52,888 nt of DNA from positions 1 through 52,888 of IMG/VR virus record IMGVR_UViG_3300021440_001469; one strand, given 5' to 3'. How positions within the stretch are numbered: position 1 is the stretch's first letter; each line of letters starts with the position of its first letter. Shown one piece after another: positions 36,482-45,627 of this stretch. The notes below the pieces were generated by a model. It saw only the letters and a program-made list of their open reading frames with translations, did not search any database and was not told the DNA's origin. The position numbers and the translations under genes were made by a program. The DNA is from a virus. Lineage: Duplodnaviria > Caudoviricetes.

Positions 36482-38271
36482 CAGGCCACCCGCTCGACTG
36501 CCGCGCCCACGTCCGGCGCCAAGGCGCTGCCGGGCACCCGGGAGAACTGGGCGATCAGCCCGGTGACCTGGTTTTCGGGCACCCCGTCGGCCCAGCGCTG
36601 GCGAATCCATGCAAACTCGGCGTCGGTCAGGTCGCGCCCCAGGCCGTCGCGGATCAGGCGGGCGGCGCGCACCATCGAGAGCATCATCACGGGCAGGGCC
36701 ACGCCGGCAATGGGCTGGGCGGCCGGCGTCAGGTTGGGGATGTCGGCGCGGCGCGCCTCGATCAGCGGGTCGATGCCGAAGGCCTCGAGGGGGATCACGC
36801 CCTTCCTCTTGAGCTTGGCCTCGGCCGCCTTGAGCTGGTCCTCACCCGCAATCAGCTTGGTCACCGCCTTGCGGTTGGCGTCGAGCGTGGTGTCGGGCGG
36901 GGCCTGATAGTCGAGGCCGATGGTGGCGCCGTGCTCCACATACTGGCCGGCTTCGTCGCGCACCATTTCGCGCAGCGGAAACTGCAGTTCGCCGCCGAAG
37001 TCGTCTTCGCGGATCAGCGCCAGCTCGCCCCGCCGCCAGGGGTTCACCAGCACCCTCACCTCTTCGCCGATGCGGATGTCGGGCACGTCGCCCGCGTAGT
37101 AACGCTTGCCGTCCCACGCCACCGACAGGTCACCCTGCACCTTGCGCGGCTCGGGGTCATTGACGGCGAGGTCGCGCATCACGGCATCGGGGGGCGGGGC
37201 GATCAGATAGCCGGCTACATCCTCGGCCCAGGCGCTGTAGCGGTCGCGGCCATAGCGGGTGTGGATGGCGTTGGCGTTGAAATGGCGCTGCCAGAATTCG
37301 GCCAGCCGGTTGAGATCGTCGATGCCGCGGACCTCGCGGGACAAGAGCTTGAGCCCGTGCTCAAAATCCCGCTCCACCAGGTTGTGACCGTTTTCCACCT
37401 GGCCCTTGGCGCGCGGGTTGCCGGCCTTATTGACGATGAGCTTGATGCCCAGCCGCCGGCACAGGCGCTTGAACTTGCGGCCCACCTGGGCCGAACCCGG
37501 GTCCACCATCAGGTGCACCGGCTTGCCCCACAGCATGCCGCGCGGATCGGCCGGTTCCAGCAGGCTGCGGATCAGGTGGTCGCAGGCGTTGTCTCCGCTC
37601 TCGGCCCCGTGTACATAGTGCAGGCGCATCAGGCCCCAGCGGTGATCGGTCATCAGGTAGCGGATCACCATCTGGCCGGCGATGCGGTTCCAGTTGTCGG
37701 GCTTGCCGGCGTAGAACTCGCTCTCCTTCATCTCGCGGATCAGCGCGCCGCCCTTGGGCAGGTAGTAGATGACGCACACCGAGGCGTCCATCTGCCAGCA
37801 CCAGTTGGCGTGCGGGCTGTTGAGGTGTACATAAGGCGTGGGCCGGGTGAGCTGCTCGGGGTGCAGGCCGTAGTGGCGCAGCGCGCGGGCAATGGTGCTG
37901 TCCGACAGCTCCACGATCTCGCCGGTGGCGCCCACCACCCGCTCGAAGCGCAGGGTGCCGTTGGCGCGCAGCACCTCCACCGTTTTCTTGAAGCTGGCCA
38001 CCTGCTTGCCGTTTTTGCGGAAGCTCGACATCAGGTAGGCCGACGTCACGCGGCAGGTTTCGTAGCTCAGCGACAGGCTGCCGGCGTCGGCGCGCTTCTT
38101 GCGCTCGCGCTGGCCCACCACGCGCTGGGCCAGGCGGTAGAAGCCCTGCACCGACACCTGCAGCGACGCGCAGGCACGGGCCACGATGGCGCCTTTTTCG
38201 CCGTGGCCGGCGCGCTGGAGTTGCTGAACGAAGGGCATGGCCATCACCATCAGGGCGTCGTCATTGGCCAT
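36481..38271 (-). CDS. DDE transposase (B3-type)
   Basis: RKKRADAG, WQMDAS, MVDPGS, PRAKGQVE. Confidence 0.95.
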   Translation of the reverse strand: MANDDALMVMAMPFVQQLQRAGHGEKGAIVARACASLQVSVQGFYRLAQRVVGQRERKKRADAGSLSLSYETCRVTSAYLMSSFRKNGKQVASFKKTVEVLRANGTLRFERVVGATGEIVELSDSTIARALRHYGLHPEQLTRPTPYVHLNSPHANWCWQMDASVCVIYYLPKGGALIREMKESEFYAGKPDNWNRIAGQMVIRYLMTDHRWGLMRLHYVHGAESGDNACDHLIRSLLEPADPRGMLWGKPVHLMVDPGSAQVGRKFKRLCRRLGIKLIVNKAGNPRAKGQVENGHNLVERDFEHGLKLLSREVRGIDDLNRLAEFWQRHFNANAIHTRYGRDRYSAWAEDVAGYLIAPPPDAVMRDLAVNDPEPRKVQGDLSVAWDGKRYYAGDVPDIRIGEEVRVLVNPWRRGELALIREDDFGGELQFPLREMVRDEAGQYVEHGATIGLDYQAPPDTTLDANRKAVTKLIAGEDQLKAAEAKLKRKGVIPLEAFGIDPLIEARRADIPNLTPAAQPIAGVALPVMMLSMVRAARLIRDGLGRDLTDAEFAWIRQRWADGVPENQVTGLIAQFSRVPGSALAPDVGAAVERVA

Positions 38272-39310
38272 CGCCTGCGCCCTCGGCGTCGAGCAGCTCG
38301 GCATCCTCGGCGTCGCCCCAGGCGTTGGGCACCACCCGGCCGCCGGGGGTGCCGTCGTCGGTGCGCAGCGCCTCCACGGCTTCCATGTTGGTCAGCCAGG
38401 TCAGCTCGGCGGGGGTGGCAGCCGACAGGGGCAGGTCGACGCCGTGGTCGGCGGCCAGCACCTTGGCGGCCTGGATCACCTGAGTAAGGGCCTGCTGCTG
38501 CGCCAGGCGCACGTGGTTGGGCGGAATCTCGTCGCCGAAGGCGCGCTCGGCCGCCATGAAGTGCTGGCGGAAGCTCACGTCGATACGCGCCACCACGTCC
38601 AGCGCGGCAGCGGCGAGGGCTTCGAGGGCCGCGGCGCCGGGCAGCTCGGGCTCCGGCTCGGCGGGCTCATCCCACTGCTTGCCGGCCAGCTCGCGCTGCA
38701 GGCGGTCGATCTGGGCCTGCTTGGCGGCCACGTCGGCATCGCGGGATTTGACGGCACGCTGGGTGGCCTCGGCGTCCTGCTGCCGGTCCTGCTGGGCCTT
38801 CCTCAGCGCGGCCTTCATTTCGCGGGTGGTCATGCGGTCGAACTGATCCAGCGTCTTGCCGGCCAGGGTGCCGCCGTCGGCGAGGCTCGCCAGATCCTCG
38901 TCGTCTTCGGTGAGCAGTTCGAAGAGCTTGGTTTTGCCCAAAAGCGCCAGCGCTGGCGCTTTTGCCTGCATCTGCGGGGACATGAACTTGAGCGACGCCT
39001 GCATCATTCGCTGGGCCGTGCGCTCAGGAATACCCAACTGGTCCCGAAAAATGTCCTCAACTACACCATGCGGCTCGTTCTCCTTCAGTACGATCAGCCG
39101 CTTGCCGGCTTCGAGCATCGCCTCGGCGCTCTGCGCCATATAGAAGCGCGCTTCATTCACCACGCGGCTGCGGTCGTAGGGCAGGCCGCCGTCGAAGCGG
39201 AGCGCTATGTGGGCCTGATGGGCGCCGGCTTCGTCGAGCGCGGCGCTTCCGGCTTCATCGTTGACATGAACCACCAACGGCGCGGTGGTAGCGTTGGGTG
39301 TGCGTCCCAT
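38261..39310 (-). CDS. DUF3102-family protein
   Basis: EAGKRLIVLKENEPHG...RTAQRMM...LGKTKLFEL. Confidence 0.85.
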   Translation of the reverse strand: MGRTPNATTAPLVVHVNDEAGSAALDEAGAHQAHIALRFDGGLPYDRSRVVNEARFYMAQSAEAMLEAGKRLIVLKENEPHGVVEDIFRDQLGIPERTAQRMMQASLKFMSPQMQAKAPALALLGKTKLFELLTEDDEDLASLADGGTLAGKTLDQFDRMTTREMKAALRKAQQDRQQDAEATQRAVKSRDADVAAKQAQIDRLQRELAGKQWDEPAEPEPELPGAAALEALAAAALDVVARIDVSFRQHFMAAERAFGDEIPPNHVRLAQQQALTQVIQAAKVLAADHGVDLPLSAATPAELTWLTNMEAVEALRTDDGTPGGRVVPNAWGDAEDAELLDAEGAGDGQ

Positions 39311-39619
39311 TTATGACTCCCTGGAATACTTGTTCTTGAGGTTGGCAAGGTGCCGCTCGGCATCATCCATCGTGGTGAGGTAGGCAATGGCCACCCGCAC
39401 CAGCTTCGGCGCGAGGCGGTAGCGGCCGGTGGTGTCGATCTTTTCCACCACGCCGGCCCGGCCGAGGTTGTAGAGATCGCGGGTGATGGTGGGTGGGGTT
39501 ACCTTCAGGGCCTTGGCCAGGTCGGTGGGCGAGAGGCCGTGCAGCTCGTGCCCGGCCAGGGCAAAGGCCAGGGCAAAGCCGCGCTGCTGGCTGGCGTTGT
39601 CGTAAGTGCGTTCGCCCAT
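39311..39619 (-). CDS. IclR-like HTH protein
   Basis: GLSPTDLAKAL...ITRDL..L...G.VEK..TGRYRL. Confidence 0.8.
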   Translation of the reverse strand: MGERTYDNASQQRGFALAFALAGHELHGLSPTDLAKALKVTPPTITRDLYNLGRAGVVEKIDTTGRYRLAPKLVRVAIAYLTTMDDAERHLANLKNKYSRES

Positions 39620-39622
39620 GGC

Positions 39623-40090
39623 TCAGCCCCCCAGGTCGAGCTCGGGCTGGGCCGACTTGCGGACGTTTTCCCGGTGCCAGGCGAGGCCTTCGAGGGCGGC
39701 GCCGAGCTTGCCGAGGGTCACGTCGCGGTCGGTTTCGCCGCTCATGTAGCCGAGCAGCGCACCCACGGCGCCGTTGAGCGTGGCCTGCAGCACATGTACA
39801 TCCTCAGACGTGGCGGCGCGGCCGCAGGGCACGGCGATGACGACGGCCGACTCGCAGGCGGCGAGGTAGCGCACCACGCTGCTGGCGCCGGTGAGGTGCT
39901 GCCAGGCGATGAGCGCCTTGGCGGGCATGGATTCCTGCTCCAGCCACTTGTAAAGCGTGGCCGGGGTGGTGGCCATCAGCTCGGCGAGGCGTTCGATGGA
40001 CAGGCGGCGGTGCTTGAGGGCGTGCGCTTTGTCGGCTTCGAAGGCCGCGCGCAGGCTGGTCGGGACGGGTTTCGAATGACGGGAGGACAT
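39623..40090 (-). CDS. Phage regulatory HTH protein
   Basis: SIERLAELM...TLYKWL...WHRENV...QPELD. Confidence 0.7.
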   Translation of the reverse strand: MSSRHSKPVPTSLRAAFEADKAHALKHRRLSIERLAELMATTPATLYKWLEQESMPAKALIAWQHLTGASSVVRYLAACESAVVIAVPCGRAATSEDVHVLQATLNGAVGALLGYMSGETDRDVTLGKLGAALEGLAWHRENVRKSAQPELDLGG

Positions 40091-40198
40091 TGGATGAGGG
40101 GCCACAGTCGGGTTTCTGAATAAATGGTTTTTTCGATCGGGCTAAAATGGCTTTTGCGTGACTAAACTTCGGGGCGTGAAATCAACCACCGGAGAACG

Positions 40199-40852
40199 TC
40201 ATGAGCGGAGCGGTTTATCGATGCCTTGCGTGCGAGGAAGCTGTTCAAACTTCACATGCAGAACCACGTGAATGGCGCCCTGGCGCGGCGCAGATGCCGC
40301 GGGTTTTGTGCCCCTCTTGCGGTTGCGCTTGCGCCCCTGACGGCTGGACGATGAAGGCCCTGGAATGGGCGGAGGAGCTGAAGGATCGCGGGTTTGATCG
40401 GAACCTTGCCGCTCATGCGACGTGGTCTGGCTGCCCGAATTCGGGCCACTGCATTCAGGTTGGGCATTACGCCGGGGACTGTGAGCAAGCGCTTCCGGTA
40501 CGGCCCAAATGCCTAACGTGGATTCACGGTGAGCTCGTACTTGCAATGCGTCGCCTTGACGCGATGGAACGCAGAACACGCGATCGCCAACCATGAAGCC
40601 AGGGCCGTCGACAAACCACCGCTGGGCCGCGAAAGTGACGCAGAGGCGTGCATCAATGATTCGCTCATCGCCATGCATATCTTCAAAGCAGGCCTCTTCG
40701 GCAGTGCGGAAGGCCTTGGCCAGATCGAGCGCCGCTTCGCGGGTCAGGAGCGGGCGGCCCTTATTGCGCCGGATGGAGGCGGCAACAAGTTCTAGGGCGA
40801 TGTCGCCCAACTCGGATTCATCAAAGGCGCGGTCGTGGATGTCGATGGTCAT
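40199..40852 (-). CDS. Hypothetical protein (3' half overlaps an antisense ORF)
   Basis: Shares the GCCCGCCATG start context of neighbouring genes; MTIDIHDRAFDE... Confidence 0.5.
   Translation of the reverse strand: MTIDIHDRAFDESELGDIALELVAASIRRNKGRPLLTREAALDLAKAFRTAEEACFEDMHGDERIIDARLCVTFAAQRWFVDGPGFMVGDRVFCVPSRQGDALQVRAHRESTLGIWAVPEALAHSPRRNAQPECSGPNSGSQTTSHERQGSDQTRDPSAPPPIPGPSSSSRQGRKRNRKRGTKPAASAPRQGAIHVVLHVKFEQLPRTQGIDKPLRS
40201..40596 (+). CDS. Counter-oriented Cys-rich hypothetical protein (moron-like)
   Basis: GGAG RBS; CLAC and CPSC pairs; AT-rich upstream region. Confidence 0.55.
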   Translation: MSGAVYRCLACEEAVQTSHAEPREWRPGAAQMPRVLCPSCGCACAPDGWTMKALEWAEELKDRGFDRNLAAHATWSGCPNSGHCIQVGHYAGDCEQALPVRPKCLTWIHGELVLAMRRLDAMERRTRDRQP

Positions 40853-40860
40853 GGCGGGCC

Positions 40861-41457
40861 TCACGCGGCGAGCAGGCCGAGCCGGCGGGCGGCGCGACGG
40901 TGGTAGGAGATGGATGCGGGCGATTTGCCCAGGCGGGCAGCGATGGCCAGACGCGACAGGCCCTGCTGAGTGAACTGGGCGACCGCGACGGTGGTCGGGC
41001 GCAGCAGACGCAAGGCATGGGATTCGACTTGGAGTTCGTGGTGGAAATGATGGAACAGCACCCGGTCGCACTCGCGCTGATAGGCGATGACCTTGTCGCG
41101 GAGGGCCGGCTTGACGCGGGTGGGATGGATGGTCATCAGCCACCCGAACAGGCGTTCGAGCGGAATGCACAGGTACTCGCGGGCCTGATCGTCGTCGGGG
41201 AGCTGCGTCACCATGAAGGTGATGCAGAAACGTTCGGCCAGGGCTGTCAGCTTGCGGTGTTGGGTCTGCCAAGCGAGCCCCATGCCTTCGACGACCGGGC
41301 GCATCGCGACGAACACCGCGTCGCCGGCGGTGAGGCACAAAATCGAGGTGTCGCGGAAGCTGACGTAGTGTGCGGCGGGGTGGACCTGTGGGGCCCTCCG
41401 GGCCTCGCAGGTCGGCGCCGGATTCGGCAGGGTGTCAGGAAAAAGATCGGCGTTCAT
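40861..41457 (-). CDS. P22AR-N-type antirepressor with C-terminal HTH
   Basis: VAMRPVVEGMGLAWQTQ..KL...CIPLERLFGWL.TIHP.RV...YQRECD.VL. Confidence 0.85.
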   Translation of the reverse strand: MNADLFPDTLPNPAPTCEARRAPQVHPAAHYVSFRDTSILCLTAGDAVFVAMRPVVEGMGLAWQTQHRKLTALAERFCITFMVTQLPDDDQAREYLCIPLERLFGWLMTIHPTRVKPALRDKVIAYQRECDRVLFHHFHHELQVESHALRLLRPTTVAVAQFTQQGLSRLAIAARLGKSPASISYHRRAARRLGLLAA

Positions 41458-41466
41458 GGCGGGCTC

Positions 41467-41745
41467 CTAGCGCAGCGAGGGAGAGAGTTGAAGGGTGATT
41501 TCATCGCGGAACACCTCGGCGCCTTCGGGGCTCAGCGTCCAGCTGACCGACAGCTCATCCGCCTGAAACGAGAACGGCGCGGTGACCGGCCACGGGGTGA
41601 TCAGAGCCAGGGTGTGGCGGGCCTCGGTTGGGGTGAGGCGGAACAGACAGACGATCCCCGGGATTTCGATCTCGAGTTCGATGGGGCGCGATTCAGGGCG
41701 CAATTCGGGGCGCGGAGAAAACGAAACGATGTTGTTGGCGGACAT
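41467..41745 (-). CDS. Hypothetical protein
   Basis: Packed ORF with GCCCGCCATG start context. Confidence 0.6.
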   Translation of the reverse strand: MSANNIVSFSPRPELRPESRPIELEIEIPGIVCLFRLTPTEARHTLALITPWPVTAPFSFQADELSVSWTLSPEGAEVFRDEITLQLSPSLR

Positions 41746-41753
41746 GGCGGGCC

Positions 41754-41954
41754 TCAGGCGGCGGCCTTGAGGCCAAGCTCGACGGCGATCTGGTGGGACT
41801 TGCCGCGGCGGGCCTTGCTCAGGCCGTTGATGACGCGATAGACGTCGAAGCGGCTGTAGCCGCGCTCTTCGGCCCAGCCGGAGAAGGTTTTGCCTTCGCG
41901 GGCGAGCTGGGCTTTGACTTGCTCAGCGGTTAGGACTTGCGGGGTAGTGCTCAT
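41754..41954 (-). CDS. Ner-like DNA-binding protein (BcepMu gp16 family)
   Basis: TAEQVK...GKTFSGWA...VYRVING..KARRGKSHQIAVELGLK. Confidence 0.85.
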   Translation of the reverse strand: MSTTPQVLTAEQVKAQLAREGKTFSGWAEERGYSRFDVYRVINGLSKARRGKSHQIAVELGLKAAA

Positions 41955-42061
41955 GTCTGCCAGGCGGGCAGCGGCTGAGGCCGGCACCGGTGCGAACGGT
42001 GTCGACAAGCTGCGAAGTTTGTGGATGTCAGCGGGGCTGGATTGGATTTCCATGGCACGCC

Positions 42062-42742
42062 TCAGGCCGCGGCGCGGGACACTTCACCGGCCTTGATGCC
42101 GATGGTGACCGCGATGTTGTGGGATTCGCCGCGCAGGCACTTGCGGCGCGGGTTGGCGTCGTCGTCATTGACGATCTCGTAGAACAGGTTGAGGTTGAAG
42201 CCGTGGCGCTTGGCCACGGAGGCGAGGGGCAGGCCTTTGAGGGCGCACTCTTCGCGGAACTGTTGGCGGGATTTGCCCAGCGGGCCGGCAATGGCGTTGC
42301 GGGAGTAGCCGGCTTCGGTGCACTCGACGACGGGGCGCAGCATCGGGCGCACCTGGTCGAGGGCAGCAGCGAAGCGCGCAGTGCGGGCGTGGAGTTCGGC
42401 CTCCAGGGCGTTGAAGGCCTGCAGGAAAGCGATCTGCCAGGCCATGGCTTCGCGGCCGGTGAAACGCATCGCCAGGAAGGCGAAGCCGTCGTGGGTGAGG
42501 CGGTATTCGGGACGGGGCTCGCCCTTGGCGTCGAAGTATTCAACGGGCTCAAAATTGAGCCGGTTGAACTCGGGGTCCGGGATGTCGGTGAGCAGGTTTT
42601 CGATGGCGCGAAGCACGTTCTTGTGCTTCTTGCCGAAACGCTCGGCGACGGCGCGGGAGGTGGTGAAGGGCTGGCCGTCGGTGCTGAGGAACAGCGCCTG
42701 GCGGGCGGCCAGCGGGTTGGGGAGGTTGAGGGTGAGTTGCAT
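42062..42742 (-). CDS. Rha-family regulator fused to a Ner-like domain
   Basis: TTSRAVAERFGKKHKNVLRAI...LAMRFTGREA; C-terminus KCLRGESHNIAVTIGIK. Confidence 0.85.
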   Translation of the reverse strand: MQLTLNLPNPLAARQALFLSTDGQPFTTSRAVAERFGKKHKNVLRAIENLLTDIPDPEFNRLNFEPVEYFDAKGEPRPEYRLTHDGFAFLAMRFTGREAMAWQIAFLQAFNALEAELHARTARFAAALDQVRPMLRPVVECTEAGYSRNAIAGPLGKSRQQFREECALKGLPLASVAKRHGFNLNLFYEIVNDDDANPRRKCLRGESHNIAVTIGIKAGEVSRAAA

Positions 42743-42753
42743 GATGGCGGGGC

Positions 42754-42975
42754 TCAGGCGGCAAGGGCGGTTGCGGGGTTGGTGCAAACCTGGCCGTCCT
42801 TCATGCCGAGCTTGACGGCGATGTCGTGGGCCTTGCCGCGGATGCACTTCTTGCGGCCGCCGAGGACTTCGAAGACGAGGTTGGGCGAGAACTGATTGGC
42901 GATCGCCCACTGGGTGATCGAAACACCCTTGCTCTTGAGTTCTTCTCGAACTTGGGCTGCGGTGCGTAGGGACAT
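42754..42975 (-). CDS. Ner-like DNA-binding protein (BcepMu gp16 family)
   Basis: RTAAQVR...GVSITQWA...KCIRGKAHDIAVKLGMK; divergent from the repressor. Confidence 0.9.
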   Translation of the reverse strand: MSLRTAAQVREELKSKGVSITQWAIANQFSPNLVFEVLGGRKKCIRGKAHDIAVKLGMKDGQVCTNPATALAA

Positions 42976-43057
42976 GGATGCGCTCCGGTTGAGGCCGGCC
43001 CCGGTGCGAACGGTGCCGACTTAGTTGTGTTGCGTGGTTTGTTTGCGTGGTTGAAGT

Positions 43058-43109
43058 ATGGGTAATTATTTACCCATCGTCAACGGAAAGTGGGAAATTT
43101 TTTATGCAT
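43058..43109. promoter_or_regulatory. Repressor operators in the divergent switch region
   Basis: Perfect dyad ATGGGTAA-TTAT-TTACCCAT at 43058-43077; degenerate copy at 43090-43109 overlapping the repressor ATG. Confidence 0.7.
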
Positions 43110-43538
43110 TTCTCCGAGCGTCTCAAAAAAGAGAGGGAGCGCCTCGGCTACAGCCAGACAGAGTTCAGCAAGATGGCCGGCGCAACGCGCAAGACGCTGT
43201 TCAACTGGGAGGCCGGATCAGGAAGCCCAGGTATCGAGGCTCTGAATACGTGGTCAGAGGTGGGGCTTGATGTGCTCTATGTAGTAACCGGCCGGCGGTC
43301 CGTGTCCTACCCGACGCACGCCCAGAGCGCGGTCGTGACGCCGATCGGCGCGACCGAGAGCAGCGGCCTGACGTGGCGCGAAACGCTGGCGGTCACGGTC
43401 GATGCGCTGAATGACACGGGCCGATCGTTGCCCAGCGCTAAGCTGTTCGATCTGGTGGACCTGTTGATGGCCTGGCAGCGGGCCGGGGCCAGGCTGGATG
43501 CTGACGCGGTGCGCACCCAGATCAGACTGGTTTCGTGA
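43104..43538 (+). CDS. XRE-family prophage repressor
   Basis: ERLKKERERLGYSQTEF...WEAG..P...GLDVLYVVTGRR. Confidence 0.9.
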   Translation: MHFSERLKKERERLGYSQTEFSKMAGATRKTLFNWEAGSGSPGIEALNTWSEVGLDVLYVVTGRRSVSYPTHAQSAVVTPIGATESSGLTWRETLAVTVDALNDTGRSLPSAKLFDLVDLLMAWQRAGARLDADAVRTQIRLVS

Positions 43539-43628
43539 CCGGCTGCACGCTGCAAGATTGATGCAAGGAAGTGCCTGTCACGTGCCGCACGTATCATCGA
43601 GCACTGCTAATATGCATGTGAGATTGAC

Positions 43629-43811
43629 GTGAATAGGGAAGAAATCGAAAGTGCGTTGAAGGAATTTCTGACTTCCCATCTCAGAAATTCAGCCCCGATG
43701 GCGCCTCCCGTCGCGATCCGGGCTCACCCCCGCCGCACGCTGAAGCTGAGGGGCATCACGCTGACGATCGACGAAGTGACTGTCGAACATGACCCGACGA
43801 GTACCAGGTAG
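43629..43811 (+). CDS. Hypothetical protein
   Basis: 60-aa ORF between the repressor and the next gene. Confidence 0.45.
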   Translation: MNREEIESALKEFLTSHLRNSAPMAPPVAIRAHPRRTLKLRGITLTIDEVTVEHDPTSTR

Positions 43812-43816
43812 ACATC

Positions 43817-44476
43817 ATGACAACCTGCCCGAAATGCCACTACACCCGCCGCCCCGAGGACACCGCACCGGACTATGAGTGCCCGAAGTGCGGGGTGGTG
43901 TATGCGAAGGCGGCCAGCCGCCCTTCAAAGCAGCCAGCGGCGCAAGCGCCCCGGCGCAATGGGGGGGTGATTCTTGCGGTTTTGCTGCTGGCTGGTGGCG
44001 CGGGTGGATGGTGGGCCATGTCGAAAAGCAGCACCGAAAAGCACGCGCCGGCCGCATTGCAGGCGGTTGCTTCGGCAGACCGGAAGAAGGTGGAAGAGGA
44101 GGCGTTTCTCAAGCGCCAGGCTGAGGAGCGCGAGCGCCAGCTGCTGGAGAAAGCGGGGAAGGATCTGGAGCGGCTGCACAGCCGCTGGAAGGATGCCAGC
44201 GCGCTGGCGGGGAGCACGGCGCGGATTGCTCTGGCGACGCCCGTCGCGTCGTTGCAGGCGATCCGCCGTGAGGCGGCGGAGATGGTGGTGCCGGAGTGCC
44301 TGGACAGCCCGAAGGCTGCACTCCTGGAGGGCATGGACAAGGAGGTCGAGGGTTACATGAAGTTCATGCAGGATGCAAACGTCGGCAAGTACCTGGCCTC
44401 GCAGTTGTTCGTAGAGGCAAGCGATGCGTTTGGAAAATTCACGTTTCGGATGAAGGACGCCTGCCCGAAGGGGTGA
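43817..44476 (+). CDS. Zinc-ribbon plus single-TM plus helical protein (accessory)
   Basis: CPKC...CPKC, hydrophobic VILAVLLLAGGAGGWW, coiled-coil. Confidence 0.75.
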   Translation: MTTCPKCHYTRRPEDTAPDYECPKCGVVYAKAASRPSKQPAAQAPRRNGGVILAVLLLAGGAGGWWAMSKSSTEKHAPAALQAVASADRKKVEEEAFLKRQAEERERQLLEKAGKDLERLHSRWKDASALAGSTARIALATPVASLQAIRREAAEMVVPECLDSPKAALLEGMDKEVEGYMKFMQDANVGKYLASQLFVEASDAFGKFTFRMKDACPKG

Positions 44477-44499
44477 CCTGACCCGCTCCGATTCCAGAG

Positions 44500-44599
44500 G
44501 ATTCGCGGCTCAGATTTGAGCCGCGAATCTACCTATCGTGGGCTCCGATTTGAGCCCACGATCAGGCCAGTTTCCGCGTCGGACTGAAGTCCGACCCAC
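44500..44599. repeat. Three adjacent palindromes, the last REP-like
   Basis: 13-bp stem 44500-44529, 11-bp stem 44535-44562, GTGG-GTCGGACTTCAGTCCGAC on minus 44578-44599. Confidence 0.7.
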
Positions 44600-44639
44600 A
44601 AAAGCCCCACCCCACCGAAGTCCCCTCGCCCGGGGCGAA

Positions 44640-44686
44640 TAATTGACTCAGGCCATTTATTCCCCTCGCGCGCGCGCCGCCACCAT
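44640..44686 (+). promoter_or_regulatory. Putative Mor/C-activated late promoter (lysis/packaging operon)
   Basis: TAATTGA-N7-CATTTA, 21 nt, -10-like CACCAT, ATG 6 nt later. Confidence 0.75.
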
Positions 44687-44692
44687 GGCGGC

Positions 44693-45202
44693 ATGCAAGT
44701 CCCCTTCCAAGTCTCGGCCCGTGGGCTGGCGTTGATCGCCGGCTTTGAGGGTTTTTCCGCCTGCCCGGCGCCGATTGCGGCCGGCCAGGCGGTGATCGGC
44801 CATGGCCATGTGATCAGGCGAAATGAGCCGCATCTGCAGTCGGCCTGCCTGTCCACCGGCCAGGCGCTGGCGCTGCTGCGCGACGACTGCCGGACGATCG
44901 AGCTGTATCTCAACGCGGTGTTGCCCGATTGGGTGCGCGCGCATCACTTCGATGCGCTGTCGTCGTTTGTGTTCGACGAGGGAATCGGGGCGTTCGACTG
45001 CTCGGTGCTGCGCGAGCGTCTGGCGGCCGGCGACCGCGACGGCGCAGGGCGGGAGTTCGGGAAGTGGGTGTTTGCCGGCGGCTTGCGCCTGCGCAGGCTG
45101 TCGATCCGGCGGGCGTGCGAGCGGCTGATGTTTGCCGGCGTGTCGGATGCCGGCATCGACAACGAGCGGCAGCGTCTCTCCAATCTGAAAGGGCCTTTAT
45201 GA
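44693..45202 (+). CDS. GH24 lysozyme-like endolysin with a degenerate catalytic triad
   Basis: GLALIAGFEG...IGHGH...FDALSSFVF..G.GAF...KWV...L..RR..E. Confidence 0.85.
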   Translation: MQVPFQVSARGLALIAGFEGFSACPAPIAAGQAVIGHGHVIRRNEPHLQSACLSTGQALALLRDDCRTIELYLNAVLPDWVRAHHFDALSSFVFDEGIGAFDCSVLRERLAAGDRDGAGREFGKWVFAGGLRLRRLSIRRACERLMFAGVSDAGIDNERQRLSNLKGPL

Positions 45203-45627
45203 GTATCCGTTTTTCGCTTTCCTTTCTCTCCGCCGACATCGATACGCCGCTGCGGATCGATGCGCATCACATTGCGTCGGATGGGAGCTGGTTCGAGCAT
45301 CCGATCCGTTCGCACGATTTGCGGGCGGGGCACACGCTGCGCCTGCTCGCGCATGTGGCGCTGGGCTTTGTGCTGCAGCGCTGCAAGCTGGCGGATGTGT
45401 GCCTGGCGGTGAGCCATGACGATGCGCAGGCGGCGCATGGGCTGGAGCTGGTTGTGATGCGGCCGGGCGCTGAGGTGGGCGCCGAGCTTGGCGCCGACGG
45501 CGAGGCGGTGGAGTGCGAGCGCCTGGTGTTTGCGCCGGGGGCGAGCGGGCAGATTGCGCTGCCCTTGGGTACCCAGCTGCAGTTGCGCGAGGTGCGCATG
45601 CCCGAGGGCGGGGCGGGCCATGGTTGA
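45199..45627 (+). CDS. Hypothetical protein in the lysis cassette
   Basis: ATGA coupling; MSIRFSLSF... Confidence 0.6.
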   Translation: MSIRFSLSFLSADIDTPLRIDAHHIASDGSWFEHPIRSHDLRAGHTLRLLAHVALGFVLQRCKLADVCLAVSHDDAQAAHGLELVVMRPGAEVGAELGADGEAVECERLVFAPGASGQIALPLGTQLQLREVRMPEGGAGHG

